Shown piece after piece: positions 36,935-47,428 of a DNA stretch of 64,000 bases. The notes below the pieces were generated by a model, which was not told the origin of the DNA, did no database searches, and was given only the letters and a program-made list of their open reading frames with translations. Location: NCBI GenBank assembly GCA_030705925.1, contig JAUZPM010000003.1, forward strand, positions 581-64,580, given 5' to 3'. Position numbers and translations under genes: made by a program. Every line of letters begins with the position of its first letter. Positions within the stretch are counted from its first letter, which is position 1. This DNA comes from Bacillota bacterium (GTDB lineage Bacteria > Bacillota > Clostridia > Oscillospirales > Feifaniaceae).

Positions 36935-37803
36935 TCTAAAGCGTCCTCTCTAAAGTAGTAAAGATATAAATCTTCAAGGCTGGGGTCGACATTCTCAGCA
37001 TTTTCTAAAGGCTTAATATCAGATATAATACGAAGTTCGACTTTATCTTCATTATGTTTAAAATTGCTGACCATAAACTTTTTGTTTAGTTCTTGTGCCC
37101 TTTCAAACGGCACAATGCAGTTCCAGACACATCCTTTTATACGATTTACTATTGAATCACTCTTATCATTGACAATAAGGCAGCCATTCTTCATTAGCAA
37201 TATCTCATTTGCTATATAATCCACATCAGACACTATATGAGTTGATAAGATAACTATTTTATTTTGGGAAATGCTGCTTATCATATTACGAAATTTTACA
37301 CGTTCTTTTGGATCAAGTCCCGCTGTCGGTTCATCAAGAATAAGTATTTTGGGATCATTTAATAGAGCCTGGGCTATACCAAGCCTTTGCCGCATACCGC
37401 CTGAAAAAGTTTTGATTTTCTGTTTTTTGACATCTTCTAAATTTACTGTTTCTAAAAGATTATCAGTAAGTTTTTTCGCTTTATGCGGGTGAATACCCTT
37501 TAAACTTGCAATATACAGCATAAAATCTGACGCGCTAAAGTTAGGGTAATAGCCAAAATCCTGAGGAAGATATCCAAGAATATTTCTAAAATCTTCACCT
37601 AAATTCCTTATATTATCCCCATTGTATAAGACTTCGCCAGAAGTAGGCTTCAGCAAGTCACACATCATTCGCATAAGTGTTGTTTTGCCAGCTCCGTTTG
37701 CACCGAGTAGACCATATATGTTCTCGGTTAATGTAGCAGAAAAATTATTAACAGCAGTTTTATTTTTAAACTGTTTTGTTAGTGAATCTATTATTAATTC
37801 CAT
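36931..37803 (-). CDS. ABC transporter ATP-binding protein
   Basis: 290 aa. Walker A GANGAGKTT, signature FSGGMRQR, Walker B ILILDEPTAGLD. Confidence 0.93.
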   Translation of the reverse strand: MELIIDSLTKQFKNKTAVNNFSATLTENIYGLLGANGAGKTTLMRMMCDLLKPTSGEVLYNGDNIRNLGEDFRNILGYLPQDFGYYPNFSASDFMLYIASLKGIHPHKAKKLTDNLLETVNLEDVKKQKIKTFSGGMRQRLGIAQALLNDPKILILDEPTAGLDPKERVKFRNMISSISQNKIVILSTHIVSDVDYIANEILLMKNGCLIVNDKSDSIVNRIKGCVWNCIVPFERAQELNKKFMVSNFKHNEDKVELRIISDIKPLENAENVDPSLEDLYLYYFREDALE

Positions 37804-38561
37804 ATTGTATGAGCCCCCATCTCATTGCTATTTTTAAATAATATATATAGTTGTACAAATAGAAGTATTGATGTTAAAATGCAAAGAGGGTAAGAAATTC
37901 CATTAAGTTCGATATCATGAAAATCCCAAGTGTTATACAAAGCTAAAAGAAAAATCCCGAGAGCAATAGATATGTAAGAGCCATAACTGGTTTTAAACTT
38001 ATTTGTTATTAATAGACTCAATGAGTTGATAATATTAAAGGGCAAGAGCCCGTTTGCAGCTAATAATAAAAAACTCTGTTTAAAATAATTGCTTAAATAT
38101 AACGATATTCCAAATATTGAAATCAAATCAGATATGCCAATAATTAAAATTCTTATTTGTAATATAAATGAAAAACCTCTTTTGCAAGATGCCTCGATTT
38201 CATTCATCTTAAAAATGCTGCTTTTGATAATCTCAGGAACTCCATAAACTGATATTATAGAAACTGCAGTAAATATAATATAAATTAAATTTCTGTAGGA
38301 GTAATTAGTCATTTGCATAGTGAATAATCCTACCAAAGAAACTGCAATGATTTGGGCAAACCAAAAATATAGCGAAACATATTTAAGCTGACTAAAAATC
38401 AAATGCCAAATTGATATATCTTTTTCTGAATAATTTGAATATAGCTTAAGTTCAGATTTTTTTATAACTTCATCCATTGCATCATGGGAATAATTTTTGA
38501 TGTCATATTTATTAAGTATATTTTTGAAATCTTTGTATTCATTTCTATTCAAAAAGATCAC
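37794..38561 (-). CDS. Hypothetical multi-pass membrane protein (candidate anti-sigma/sensor by position only)
   Basis: 255 aa. About 60-aa cytoplasmic N-terminus without an HxxxCxxC zinc motif, then about 6 TM helices. Overlaps the sigma gene by 17 nt and the ATPase gene by 10 nt. Confidence 0.55.
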   Translation of the reverse strand: MIFLNRNEYKDFKNILNKYDIKNYSHDAMDEVIKKSELKLYSNYSEKDISIWHLIFSQLKYVSLYFWFAQIIAVSLVGLFTMQMTNYSYRNLIYIIFTAVSIISVYGVPEIIKSSIFKMNEIEASCKRGFSFILQIRILIIGISDLISIFGISLYLSNYFKQSFLLLAANGLLPFNIINSLSLLITNKFKTSYGSYISIALGIFLLALYNTWDFHDIELNGISYPLCILTSILLFVQLYILFKNSNEMGAHTIWN

Positions 38562-39096
38562 CTGCCTTTAATAGTTGTCTAAGCTTTAATATTCCTTGCC
38601 TAAGCCTGGATTTGACAGTAGGCAGAGGAGTTTTTGTTACTATTGCAATATCCTTAAGTTTCATATCATGATAAAAACGAAGAATAACCACCGTTTTTTG
38701 TTCTTCCGGAAGATTGTCAATTGCGCATTTTATTAGGTTTCTTTGCTCTTTTTGTTCCATAACCGTGACTGGCGACAGACCGTGATCTGACACCTGCGTA
38801 TTATCAAGCTCCACAATTACAAGTTTTTTTTTCTTATAATAATCATTACAGGTATTAACTGCTATTGTGAAAAGATAATTTTTAAAACTTCCGATAAATT
38901 GATAATTGTCAATATTATCGAGAAGTTTCGTAAAAATATCCTGAGTGATATCGAGTGCAGTTTCATTATTGCCAATCTTTCTTAGGCAATAACTGTAGAT
39001 ATTTTTATAATGTTTATTAATAAGAAGATGTAAGGCTTTAATATTTCCGCTTTTTATTAATAAGATTAGTAATTGGTCTTCGATTTTGACCGCCAT
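38545..39096 (-). CDS. ECF (sigma-70 family) RNA polymerase sigma factor
   Basis: 183 aa. Region 2 (ALDITQDIFTKLLDNIDNY...NYLFTIAVNTCNDYYKKKK) and region 4 (VVILRFYHDMKLKDIAIVTKTPLPTVKSRLRQG). Confidence 0.9.
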   Translation of the reverse strand: MAVKIEDQLLILLIKSGNIKALHLLINKHYKNIYSYCLRKIGNNETALDITQDIFTKLLDNIDNYQFIGSFKNYLFTIAVNTCNDYYKKKKLVIVELDNTQVSDHGLSPVTVMEQKEQRNLIKCAIDNLPEEQKTVVILRFYHDMKLKDIAIVTKTPLPTVKSRLRQGILKLRQLLKAGDLFE

Positions 39097-39170
39097 CCTT
39101 AAGTAAAACGTTTTACATATATATTAACGATTTAACAACAAAAAAGATTTATATATTTTTAAATTAATTT

Positions 39171-39206
39171 AAAAAAATCCCGGATTTCACATAATGAAAA
39201 CCGGGA
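39171..39206 (-). terminator. Rho-independent terminator of the fab/acc operon
   Basis: Minus strand reads CCCGGTTTTCA...TGAAATCCGGG (one mismatch), followed by T7. Lies about 50 nt after the accA stop. Confidence 0.7.
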
Positions 39207-39256
39207 GCATAAAAATTTTATTTTTTATTTGCTTATTGGCAAGATAAATCATCAAC

Positions 39257-40063
39257 TTAACGTATATTTCCAAACTTGTTGTACCTATTGTTTAATAAAT
39301 CGTTGCAGTTGACACTATTTAACTCGATTAATCCTTGTAAGAGTATATCATCGATTGCCTTTGCTGTTACTTCAACATCAAGATGGGCGCCGCCACAGGG
39401 CTCAGAAATGATGCCGTCAATAACGCCAAGTTCACTCAGGTCGTCAGCAGTAATTTTCATAATTTCTGATGCTTCTTCTGCACGGCTGCCGTCTTTCCAT
39501 AGAATGCTTGCAAAACCCTCAGGCGATAAAATAGAGTATATAGAATTTTCAAGCATATAAACCCTGTCCGCAACACCGAATGCCAAAGCGCCGCCGCTGC
39601 CGCCCTCGCCTATCACGACAGACATAATGGGTGTTTTAAGTTTTGACATTTCAAAAAGGTTCTGCGCTATTGCCTCACCCTGACCCCTTTCTTCGGCGCC
39701 GATTCCGCAAAATGCACCAGGCGTATCAATAAAGCAAATTACCGGGCGGTGAAATTTTTCGGCCTGCCTCATTAAGCGGAGGGCCTTTCGGTAGCCTTCC
39801 GGATGGGTCATTCCAAAATTGCGTTTAATATTTTCTTTTGTATTTCTTCCTTTTTGATGGGCAATCACTGTAACGGGGATATCGTGGAAATATGCGACCC
39901 CGCCCACAACAGCCGCATCGTCGCCGTATGCGCGATCCCCGTGCAGTTCAACAAAACCGCTGAATATTTTCTCAATATAATCTAACGCTGTCGGCCGTTC
40001 AGAAAGCCTTGCAAGTTTGACCTTCTCCCAAGCGCTGTTTGACATACTTGTATTACTCTCCAA
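39257..40063 (-). CDS. accA: Acetyl-CoA carboxylase carboxyltransferase subunit alpha
   Basis: 268 aa. AccA-like [23 protein letters not shown]. Confidence 0.95.
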   Translation of the reverse strand: MESNTSMSNSAWEKVKLARLSERPTALDYIEKIFSGFVELHGDRAYGDDAAVVGGVAYFHDIPVTVIAHQKGRNTKENIKRNFGMTHPEGYRKALRLMRQAEKFHRPVICFIDTPGAFCGIGAEERGQGEAIAQNLFEMSKLKTPIMSVVIGEGGSGGALAFGVADRVYMLENSIYSILSPEGFASILWKDGSRAEEASEIMKITADDLSELGVIDGIISEPCGGAHLDVEVTAKAIDDILLQGLIELNSVNCNDLLNNRYNKFGNIR

Positions 40064-40937
40064 TTAAGCTCTCCCCCCTATTGTTTTCAAACGGAAAAGC
40101 ATGAATGGCAAGAAGCTGTGATATGGCATCTTTAAGTTTATCACGGGAAACAACCGCATCAACAAAGCCGTGTTCAAGCAGAAATTCCGCTCGCTGAAAT
40201 CCGTCCGGCAGCTTTTGGCGGATGGTATCGGCGATAACGCGCGGGCCGGCAAATCCAATAAGCGCACCGGGTTCGGCGAGAATTATATCGCCAAGCATCG
40301 CAAAGCTTGCAGTAACTCCCCCTGTGGTGGGATCAGTTAATACAGTGAGATAAAAAAGACCTGCTTCATGATGGCGCGCGAGTGCAGCGCTGACTTTTGC
40401 CATCTGCATAAGGGATATGATCCCCTCCTGCATCCTGGCGCCTCCTGAAGCGGTAAAAATGACTACAGGCTTTTTATTTATAGTAGCCTGTTCGATTAGA
40501 CATGTAAGTTTTTCCCCAACAGCAGAGCCCATACTGCCCATGAGAAAGCTGCTATCCATAACGCCCAGCATACAAATTTGACCATTAATACAAGCGATTC
40601 CTGTCACAACTGCTTCATTTATAGATGTTTCTTCACGTAATTTTTTAAGTTTATCTTTATATCCCGGAAAAGACAGCGGGTCCTCCCCTACAAAATCCGA
40701 ATTAATTTCTTCGAATTTGTCACAGATAAGAGAAATTCGTTCGTTTGCAGTTAGTCTAAAATGAGCCCCGCAATGTGGGCATATTTTGAGATGCTTCTCG
40801 ACATCCTTGCCGTAAAGTGCCTCACCGCAGCTTGAGCACTTGACCCACATGCCGTCCGGTACGCTTGGGCGAGCTCCTGAGGTCTTGCTAAGGTCGGATG
40901 TTACATATTTGGTTTTTTTAAATAACCCGTGTATCAT
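40053..40937 (-). CDS. accD: Acetyl-CoA carboxylase carboxyltransferase subunit beta
   Basis: 294 aa. N-terminal Zn-ribbon CSSCGE...[17 protein letters not shown] motif. Confidence 0.95.
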   Translation of the reverse strand: MIHGLFKKTKYVTSDLSKTSGARPSVPDGMWVKCSSCGEALYGKDVEKHLKICPHCGAHFRLTANERISLICDKFEEINSDFVGEDPLSFPGYKDKLKKLREETSINEAVVTGIACINGQICMLGVMDSSFLMGSMGSAVGEKLTCLIEQATINKKPVVIFTASGGARMQEGIISLMQMAKVSAALARHHEAGLFYLTVLTDPTTGGVTASFAMLGDIILAEPGALIGFAGPRVIADTIRQKLPDGFQRAEFLLEHGFVDAVVSRDKLKDAISQLLAIHAFPFENNRGESLIGE

Positions 40938-40950
40938 AAATATTCACCAC

Positions 40951-42294
40951 TTATTTTGAGAAATGCTCGGCTATAAAAGCTGTCGTGAATTTCCCCTCTA
41001 AAAACTGGGGGTGGCGAAGGATTGAAGATTCAAAATCTATATTGGTCTTCACTCCTTCGATGATAAACTCGCCAAGCGCGCTGAGCATTTTGACTATGGC
41101 TTCGTTTCTGTCCTTGCCGTGTACTATCAGTTTGGCAAGCATAGAATCGTAGTAGGGGGGCACTTTTAAGCCCTGATATATAGCGCTATCAACTCTAATG
41201 CCTGGGCCGCCGGGAATGTGGAGTGTTTCGATCGTCCCGGGCGACGGACAGAAGCCGTTTTCCGGGTCTTCTGCATTTATCCGGCATTCAATCGTATGTC
41301 CGTTTATATTTATATCAGCCTGCCGCAAATTAAGTCTTTCTCCTGCGGCAATCCTTATTTGCTCTTTTAATAGATCGATGCCTGTCGCCATTTCGGTGAC
41401 CGGATGTTCGACCTGTATTCGCGTGTTCATTTCCATGAAATAATAGTTATTGTTTTTATCAAGTAAAAATTCAACCGTTCCTGCATTTTGATAACCCACT
41501 GCTCGGGCGGCATTTACTGCGGCTTCACCCATCTTACGGCGCAGGGTATCAGACATAGCGGGCGAGGGCGATTCTTCAAGCAGCTTTTGATTTCGCCGCT
41601 GTATCGAACAGTCACGTTCGCCTAAGTATACTGTATTCCCAAAATTATCGGCTAAAATCTGAAATTCTATATGTCGTGCGTTTTCCACCAGCTTTTCAAT
41701 ATACATGGTGTCGTCGCCAAAAGCATTTCTAGCCTCCGCTTTTGCCGCCGGATATGCTTTTTTAAAATCCTCTTCACTTCTGGCTATGCGCATTCCTCGC
41801 CCGCCCCCGCCAGCGGATGCCTTAATCATTACAGGAAAGCCGATATGTCCAGCTTCAATCAATGCGGCATCTTCATCTTCGGGGGGATGCTCTGTTCCTG
41901 GCACTACCGGAACGCCCGCAGACATCATTGTTCTGCGTGCACTGTCCTTGTTGCCCATAGCCTCGATCATTGATGCTTTTGGGCCGATAAATACGATATT
42001 GCATTCGGAGCACATCTGAGCAAATGTGCTTTTCTCTGACAAAAAGCCATATCCGGGGTGTATTGCCTCGGCGCCTGTGAGCAGAGCCGCGCTGAGTATG
42101 TTTTGTATATTGAGATAGCTGTCCTTTGATGGACCGGGTCCAATACATACAGCCTCATCGGCAAGCTCGGCATGAAGAGCTTCTCTGTCTGCGTCGGAAT
42201 AGACGGCAACGGTTTCGATGCCCATTTCACGGCAGGCGCGTATGATACGGACAGCAATTTCGCCACGGTTGGCAATAAGTATTTTCTTAAACAC
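40951..42294 (-). CDS. accC: Acetyl-CoA carboxylase biotin carboxylase subunit
   Basis: 447 aa. [22 protein letters not shown]-terminus, ATP-grasp GGGGRGMR. Confidence 0.97.
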   Translation of the reverse strand: MFKKILIANRGEIAVRIIRACREMGIETVAVYSDADREALHAELADEAVCIGPGPSKDSYLNIQNILSAALLTGAEAIHPGYGFLSEKSTFAQMCSECNIVFIGPKASMIEAMGNKDSARRTMMSAGVPVVPGTEHPPEDEDAALIEAGHIGFPVMIKASAGGGGRGMRIARSEEDFKKAYPAAKAEARNAFGDDTMYIEKLVENARHIEFQILADNFGNTVYLGERDCSIQRRNQKLLEESPSPAMSDTLRRKMGEAAVNAARAVGYQNAGTVEFLLDKNNNYYFMEMNTRIQVEHPVTEMATGIDLLKEQIRIAAGERLNLRQADININGHTIECRINAEDPENGFCPSPGTIETLHIPGGPGIRVDSAIYQGLKVPPYYDSMLAKLIVHGKDRNEAIVKMLSALGEFIIEGVKTNIDFESSILRHPQFLEGKFTTAFIAEHFSK

Positions 42295-42306
42295 GGGACA
42301 CCTCGC

Positions 42307-42732
42307 TTACTGCCCAATCGCAAACATGAGTTCAGCTTCGGCTGCAACCTCGTTACCTACACGCGCAACCGCGTTTCCAATTCCTACGGGCCCTTTTATT
42401 TTTACAATCTCGATAGAGAGTGACAAAACGTCTCCCGGAAAAACTTTGCGTCTGAAACGGGCTTTATTGATTCCCCCAAAATATGCTATTTTACCTTTGT
42501 TTTTTTCCAAACTTAGAATTGCAACGGCGCCGACTTGTGCAAGCGCTTCCACTATAAGGACTCCGGGCATAACCGGCTCTCCCGGGAAATGACCGCAGAA
42601 ATACTGCTCGTTTACGGTCACATTTTTTCTTCCAATTGCCCTGACTCCCGGCTCTAGTTCGTCGATTACATCAACGAGGAGAAACGGATAACGGTGGGGA
42701 ATGATTTCTTGAATCTGCTGAGTGTTTAACAT
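42307..42732 (-). CDS. fabZ: 3-hydroxyacyl-ACP dehydratase FabZ
   Basis: [11 protein letters not shown] and [19 protein letters not shown] motifs. Start trimmed to ATG 42732 (MLNTQQIQ). Confidence 0.93.
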   Translation of the reverse strand: MLNTQQIQEIIPHRYPFLLVDVIDELEPGVRAIGRKNVTVNEQYFCGHFPGEPVMPGVLIVEALAQVGAVAILSLEKNKGKIAYFGGINKARFRRKVFPGDVLSLSIEIVKIKGPVGIGNAVARVGNEVAAEAELMFAIGQ

Positions 42733-42823
42733 AAATACTCCATGCGCACCACTGAGAAAATACCTAACGTTCGGCAATTCACAGCTGCCGCTCATTCCGG
42801 CTAGCGGCGCGCCGAATTAAAAA

Positions 42824-43252
42824 TTACTTCGATAATGGTTTAAGACGGATTAAAACTTCGCCGAACTCAACCATCTCGCCGTTTTGAATACAAATTTCAG
42901 TTACAATACCGTCCTGTTCGGCCTCGATCTCGTTCATCAGTTTCATTGCCTCAATGATGCAGAGACGGCTTCCCTTTTTAACAGTGTCACCTACGCTGAT
43001 AAACGGTTCTACGTCGGGTGAGGGAGCGGAGTAAAAAGTTCCTACGATAGGAGAGGTAACACTAATCAAATCTTCTGTTTCCTGTGGTTTAACAGAGCAT
43101 GGAAGACTTGAGTTTTTACTTTCAACTGTGTAATTCTGTACAACATCCTGTTTTTGCAGCTTTAACTTGAACTCATTTGTTTCAAGCTCAAGATTTTGTA
43201 TATTCATGCTGTTGAAGTTCTTCATTATATCTTGTACGAATGAAAAGTCCAT
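42824..43252 (-). CDS. accB: Biotin carboxyl carrier protein
   Basis: 142 aa. Biotinyl-lysine motif [20 protein letters not shown]. Confidence 0.93.
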   Translation of the reverse strand: MDFSFVQDIMKNFNSMNIQNLELETNEFKLKLQKQDVVQNYTVESKNSSLPCSVKPQETEDLISVTSPIVGTFYSAPSPDVEPFISVGDTVKKGSRLCIIEAMKLMNEIEAEQDGIVTEICIQNGEMVEFGEVLIRLKPLSK

Positions 43253-43263
43253 ATATGCCTCCG

Positions 43264-44502
43264 TTAATCAATATAACGCTTGATGATAAGGCTTGCATTA
43301 TGCCCGCCGAAGCCAAGTGAATTTGTGAGAGTATATTCGAGATGCATTTCCCTGCCTGCATTCGGCACGTAATCAAGGTCACATTCAGGGTCAGGCACAT
43401 TCAAACCAATAGTTGCGGGAACAAAGTCATCTTCAATCGCTTTAACGCAAGCTATAGCTTCAACCGCTCCCGCTGCGCCGAGAAGGTGCCCTGTCATTGA
43501 TTTGGTTGAGCTCATCGGAATCCTTTTAGCATCTTCACCAAATACAGACTTCACAGCAACGGTTTCAAATTTATCATTTACCTGCGTTGAGGTGCCGTGA
43601 GCGTTGATGTAAGAAATATCTTTAGGGCTGATGCCTGCTTCTTCAATAGCGAGAAGCATTGCGTTTGCCCCACCGCTTCCGTCAGGTGAAGGAGAAGTTA
43701 TATGATAGGCGTCACATGTTGCGCCGTATCCGGTAACCTCTGCGTAGATATGTGCGCCGCGTTTTTTTGCATGTTCCAGCGACTCTAATATTACTATACC
43801 GGCGCCTTCTCCCATGACAAAACCGTTTCTCTCTTTATCAAAAGGGATGGAGGCGCGTTTAGGATCAGTGCTTGTTGAAAGAGCTGTGAGTGAAGCAAAA
43901 CCCGCGACACCAAGCGGAGTTATCGAGCTTTCTGAGCCTCCAGCCACAGCAACGTCGGCAAGCCCGTTTTTTATATGCCTGAACGCGTCGCCGATTGCGT
44001 TTGTACCTGTAGCGCAGGCAGTTACGACGTTTGTACACATGCCTTTTGCACCAAGCGCAATAGCCACATTCCCTGCGGCCATATTGGTAATTATCATCGG
44101 GATCATCATCGGTGAAACACGTCTCGGACCTTTGGTTATAAGAGCGGTATGCTCTTTTTCAATTGTCGCAAGCCCACCGATTCCTGAACCTATAACTACT
44201 GAAATCCTGGTAGGATCTTCTGCGTTCATGTCAAGTTTTGCATCTAAGACAGCCTGTTTTGAAGCTGCTATCGCAAACTGCGCAAAACGATCCATTCTGC
44301 GAGCTTCCTTTTTTTCCATATATAATTCAGGCTCAAAATCTTTGACTTCGGCAGCCAGGGTAACAGAAAATCCTTCTGTATCAAATCCCGATATTTCAGA
44401 TATTCCGCATTTGCCTGATTTCATATTCTGCCAAAATTCATCGAGTGTATTTCCAATGGGAGAGATCACTCCCATTCCTGTAATTACAACCCTGTTACTC
44501 AT
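43264..44502 (-). CDS. fabF: Beta-ketoacyl-ACP synthase II
   Basis: Active-site [31 protein letters not shown]. Start trimmed to ATG 44502 ([12 protein letters not shown]) after AAGGAGG. The longer track ORF would overlap fabG. Confidence 0.95.
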   Translation of the reverse strand: MSNRVVITGMGVISPIGNTLDEFWQNMKSGKCGISEISGFDTEGFSVTLAAEVKDFEPELYMEKKEARRMDRFAQFAIAASKQAVLDAKLDMNAEDPTRISVVIGSGIGGLATIEKEHTALITKGPRRVSPMMIPMIITNMAAGNVAIALGAKGMCTNVVTACATGTNAIGDAFRHIKNGLADVAVAGGSESSITPLGVAGFASLTALSTSTDPKRASIPFDKERNGFVMGEGAGIVILESLEHAKKRGAHIYAEVTGYGATCDAYHITSPSPDGSGGANAMLLAIEEAGISPKDISYINAHGTSTQVNDKFETVAVKSVFGEDAKRIPMSSTKSMTGHLLGAAGAVEAIACVKAIEDDFVPATIGLNVPDPECDLDYVPNAGREMHLEYTLTNSLGFGGHNASLIIKRYID

Positions 44503-44512
44503 ACTGACCTCC

Positions 44513-45253
44513 TTACATGTGCATGCCGCCGTCGACGGACAGCACCTGACCTGTAATATACGAAGCATCCGGCGAGGAAAGAAAGCAAACTGCACTTGCG
44601 ATCTCATCCGGCATTCCAAAACGTTTAAGGGGAATATTTGAAAGCGCGGCTTCTTTGACTTTATCAGATAAAACGCCGGTCATATCTGTTTCAATAAAGC
44701 CCGGGGCGACAGCATTGACGGTTATCCCTCTTCCCGCAAGCTCTCTTGCCGCGGTTTTTGTAAGACCAAGTATTCCTGCTTTTGCGGATGCATAATTTAT
44801 CTGACCTATATTGCCCATTAGACCCGACACTGAAGAAATATTGATTATTCTGCCGCTTCTCTGTTTTATCATAACATTAGCGGCATGTCTGATGCAGTTG
44901 AAGGCGCCTTTGAGATTGACTGAGATCACCTTATCGAAATCTGCTTCCGTCATTCGCATGATAAGTCCGTCTTTGGTAATGCCTGCGTTATTGACAAGAA
45001 TGTCGATTGTTTTAAACATTGAAACGGTTTGGGCTATAAGTTTTTCAGCCTCATCAAAACAGCTAACATCTGCTTTTATAATACAGGCTTTGCCGCCGTT
45101 TATTTCGATTTCTTCTTTTAAACGTTCAGCCGCTTCGGCACTGTTATTATAATTTATTACGATCTGCGCGCCGTTTTTCGCAAGTCTCAGCGCTATCGCA
45201 CGGCCTATTCCGCGCCCGGCACCCGTTACTATTGCGGTTTTACCAGTCAGCAT
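44513..45253 (-). CDS. fabG: 3-oxoacyl-ACP reductase
   Basis: 246 aa. SDR with TGAGRGIGRAIA and YASAKAG motifs. Confidence 0.95.
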   Translation of the reverse strand: MLTGKTAIVTGAGRGIGRAIALRLAKNGAQIVINYNNSAEAAERLKEEIEINGGKACIIKADVSCFDEAEKLIAQTVSMFKTIDILVNNAGITKDGLIMRMTEADFDKVISVNLKGAFNCIRHAANVMIKQRSGRIINISSVSGLMGNIGQINYASAKAGILGLTKTAARELAGRGITVNAVAPGFIETDMTGVLSDKVKEAALSNIPLKRFGMPDEIASAVCFLSSPDASYITGQVLSVDGGMHM

Positions 45254-45257
45254 ATTT

Positions 45258-46190
45258 TTACCCCAATATTTCTAAAGTTTTTCGAAGTGATTTAATATCT
45301 TCAACATTGCATACTGTTGCAGACCGATCGATTTTTTTAACAAAGCCAGATAAAACTTTACCCGGGCCGATTTCCACAAAAGTGTCAAAACCATCGGCAA
45401 AAAGCAAACGGATGCAGCCTTCCCATTTTACGGTACTCATTACCTGTCTTGTAAGCAGGGGCTTGATTTCGGATGTATCCGCTATATATTTTGCAGTAAC
45501 ACTGCTGACGACAGGAATTTTGGGATTGTCAAATTTTATCTTATTAAGGTATGACTCGAGATTTTCTGCCGCAGGCTTTAACATTGAGGTGTGAAAGGGC
45601 GCGCTTACATTTAAAGCTATAACCCTTACGGCACCAAGCTCTGCGGCAATATTGGAAGCTTCGTTAACAGCATCTTTCTCACCGCCGATAACGATCTGAC
45701 CGGGACAGTTTAAATTAGAGATTTCGACTATGCCTTTTGCAGAAGCTTTTTCGCAAGCTTCTGCAACCTGTTTTTCCGAAAGTCCTAATACTGCCGCCAT
45801 TCCTCCGATATCTGCCGGAACAGCCTCCTGCATCAGGTGGCCTCTTATTTTAACAAGAGCTACTGCATCTTCAAATTTTAAAGCTGACGAGGCTGTTAGC
45901 GCAGCATATTCGCCAAGGCTTAGCCCTGCTGTCGCTTGTGCTGTAATGCCAAGGCTTTCTAAAACTCGAAGTGCCGCAATGCTTACTGTATAAATTCCCG
46001 GCTGCGTATTCTCTGTTTCAGAAAGATTGCTTTCAGGTCCATCAAAGCAAAGAGCTGAAAGTGGGAAATGTAGAAGTTCGTCTGCTTTATCGAATATCTC
46101 TTTAGCGGCAGGATAGTTTTCGTATAATTCGCGTCCCATGCCAACATACTGAGCACCCTGTCCCGAAAATAAAAATGCCGTTTTTCCCAA
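45258..46190 (-). CDS. fabD: Malonyl-CoA:ACP transacylase
   Basis: FLFSGQGAQY and active-site GLSLGEY. Probable TTG start at 46190 after GGAGG, 2 nt after the fabK stop. Confidence 0.92.
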   Translation of the reverse strand: MGKTAFLFSGQGAQYVGMGRELYENYPAAKEIFDKADELLHFPLSALCFDGPESNLSETENTQPGIYTVSIAALRVLESLGITAQATAGLSLGEYAALTASSALKFEDAVALVKIRGHLMQEAVPADIGGMAAVLGLSEKQVAEACEKASAKGIVEISNLNCPGQIVIGGEKDAVNEASNIAAELGAVRVIALNVSAPFHTSMLKPAAENLESYLNKIKFDNPKIPVVSSVTAKYIADTSEIKPLLTRQVMSTVKWEGCIRLLFADGFDTFVEIGPGKVLSGFVKKIDRSATVCNVEDIKSLRKTLEILG

Positions 46191-46192
46191 AG

Positions 46193-47140
46193 TTATGCCT
46201 CCAATCGACTGGCGGCTGAGCATAACAGCGATTCAGCCTCGCTGCATATTTCTGTAACAATATCTGCACAGCTTTGCTCTTTATTTACAAGACCGGCGCT
46301 CTGGCCTGCCATGACCGAGCCCATTTCAACGTCTCCGTCACGAGCAGCGCGGGGAAGCGCACCTTTGCCAAGTGCTTCAAAGGCTTCAGCTGAATTTTCT
46401 TCTTTTTCAATTTGAACGAGCATTCGTGTGAGTTTATTTCTTAAAACTCTGACAGGATGACCTGTCGATCTTCCGGTTACAACTGTATCGATATCATTTG
46501 CCTTTAGAACTTTTTGTTTATATTTCTCGTGGACAGAGCATTCATAAGAAACTAAGAATCTTGTTCCTATCTGAACACCGTCAGCACCCAGCATCATTGC
46601 CGCTGCCATACCGCGTCCGTCCGCAATGCCGCCCGCCGCAATTACAGGAATGCTTACCGCATCAGATACCTGCGGTACAAGCACCATAGTCGTAAGCTCT
46701 CCGATATGCCCTCCGGCTTCGCAGCCTTCCACAATCAGCGCGTCCGCGCCCTCTCTCTCCATACGTTTTGCAAGCGCTACTGACGGGACAACCGGTATAA
46801 CTTTGATGCCTGCGTCTTTCCACATACTTAGATATTTGCCGGGATTGCCTGCGCCGGTTGTAAGAACCGCCACTTTTTCTTCTGCTACCATATGTGCAAT
46901 TTCATCTGCATAAGGGCTTAAAAGCATTATATTTACGCCGAATGGCTTATCTGTAAGTGTTTTTGCCTTTCTTATCTCATCTCTTACCCATTCAGTCGGC
47001 GCATTGCCCCCGGCAATAAGACCTAGTCCCCCGGCATTAGATACCGCCGCGGCAAGTTTGCTGTCGGCGATCCAAGCCATTCCGCCCTGAATGACAGGAT
47101 ATTTTAGATGAAGCATGTCGGCAAATACTGATTTTATCAT
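46193..47140 (-). CDS. fabK: Enoyl-ACP reductase II (FMN-dependent, FabK)
   Basis: 315 aa. YPVIQGGMAWIADSKLAAAVSNAGGLGLIAGG closely resembles streptococcal FabK. Position between acpP and fabD as in S. pneumoniae. No Cys cluster. Confidence 0.88.
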   Translation of the reverse strand: MIKSVFADMLHLKYPVIQGGMAWIADSKLAAAVSNAGGLGLIAGGNAPTEWVRDEIRKAKTLTDKPFGVNIMLLSPYADEIAHMVAEEKVAVLTTGAGNPGKYLSMWKDAGIKVIPVVPSVALAKRMEREGADALIVEGCEAGGHIGELTTMVLVPQVSDAVSIPVIAAGGIADGRGMAAAMMLGADGVQIGTRFLVSYECSVHEKYKQKVLKANDIDTVVTGRSTGHPVRVLRNKLTRMLVQIEKEENSAEAFEALGKGALPRAARDGDVEMGSVMAGQSAGLVNKEQSCADIVTEICSEAESLLCSAASRLEA

Positions 47141-47155
47141 TGGGGCCTCCTAAGA

Positions 47156-47386
47156 CTATTTAAGCCTGTTTTCAATATAAGTTACCGCATCGCCTACTGT
47201 TGCAATATGCTCGGCATCCTCGTTTGATATTTCGATTTCAAATGCTTCCTCAAGAGCCATGATGATTTGAAAAAGGTCCAAAGAATCGGCGCCTAAATCG
47301 TCTTTAAAAGATGCCTCTAAAGTAACTTCGTTTTCGTCAACTCCAAGCTGATCTGCAACTGCTTTTTTAATGGTATCGAGTATCAT
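47156..47386 (-). CDS. acpP: Acyl carrier protein
   Basis: 76 aa from ATG 47386. Phosphopantetheine site [18 protein letters not shown]. Confidence 0.95.
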   Translation of the reverse strand: MILDTIKKAVADQLGVDENEVTLEASFKDDLGADSLDLFQIIMALEEAFEIEISNEDAEHIATVGDAVTYIENRLK

Positions 47387-47428
47387 AATTATTCCTCCGT
47401 AATTTATATATGGCAAGCCTTACGGCCG

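Noticed and set aside
44503-44619. 39-codon N-terminal extension of fabF (MECRMRSQVQ...)
   Set aside because: It would overlap the 3' end of fabG by more than 100 nt. ATG 44502 has a consensus AAGGAGG RBS and yields the canonical [13 protein letters not shown]-terminus.
43814-44641. 275-aa plus-strand ORF in the track
   Set aside because: It lies entirely antisense to fabF/fabG. It is rich in Ala/Ser/Pro/Ile, as expected for the reverse frame of a real gene, has no RBS, and the opposite strand carries unmistakable FabF motifs.
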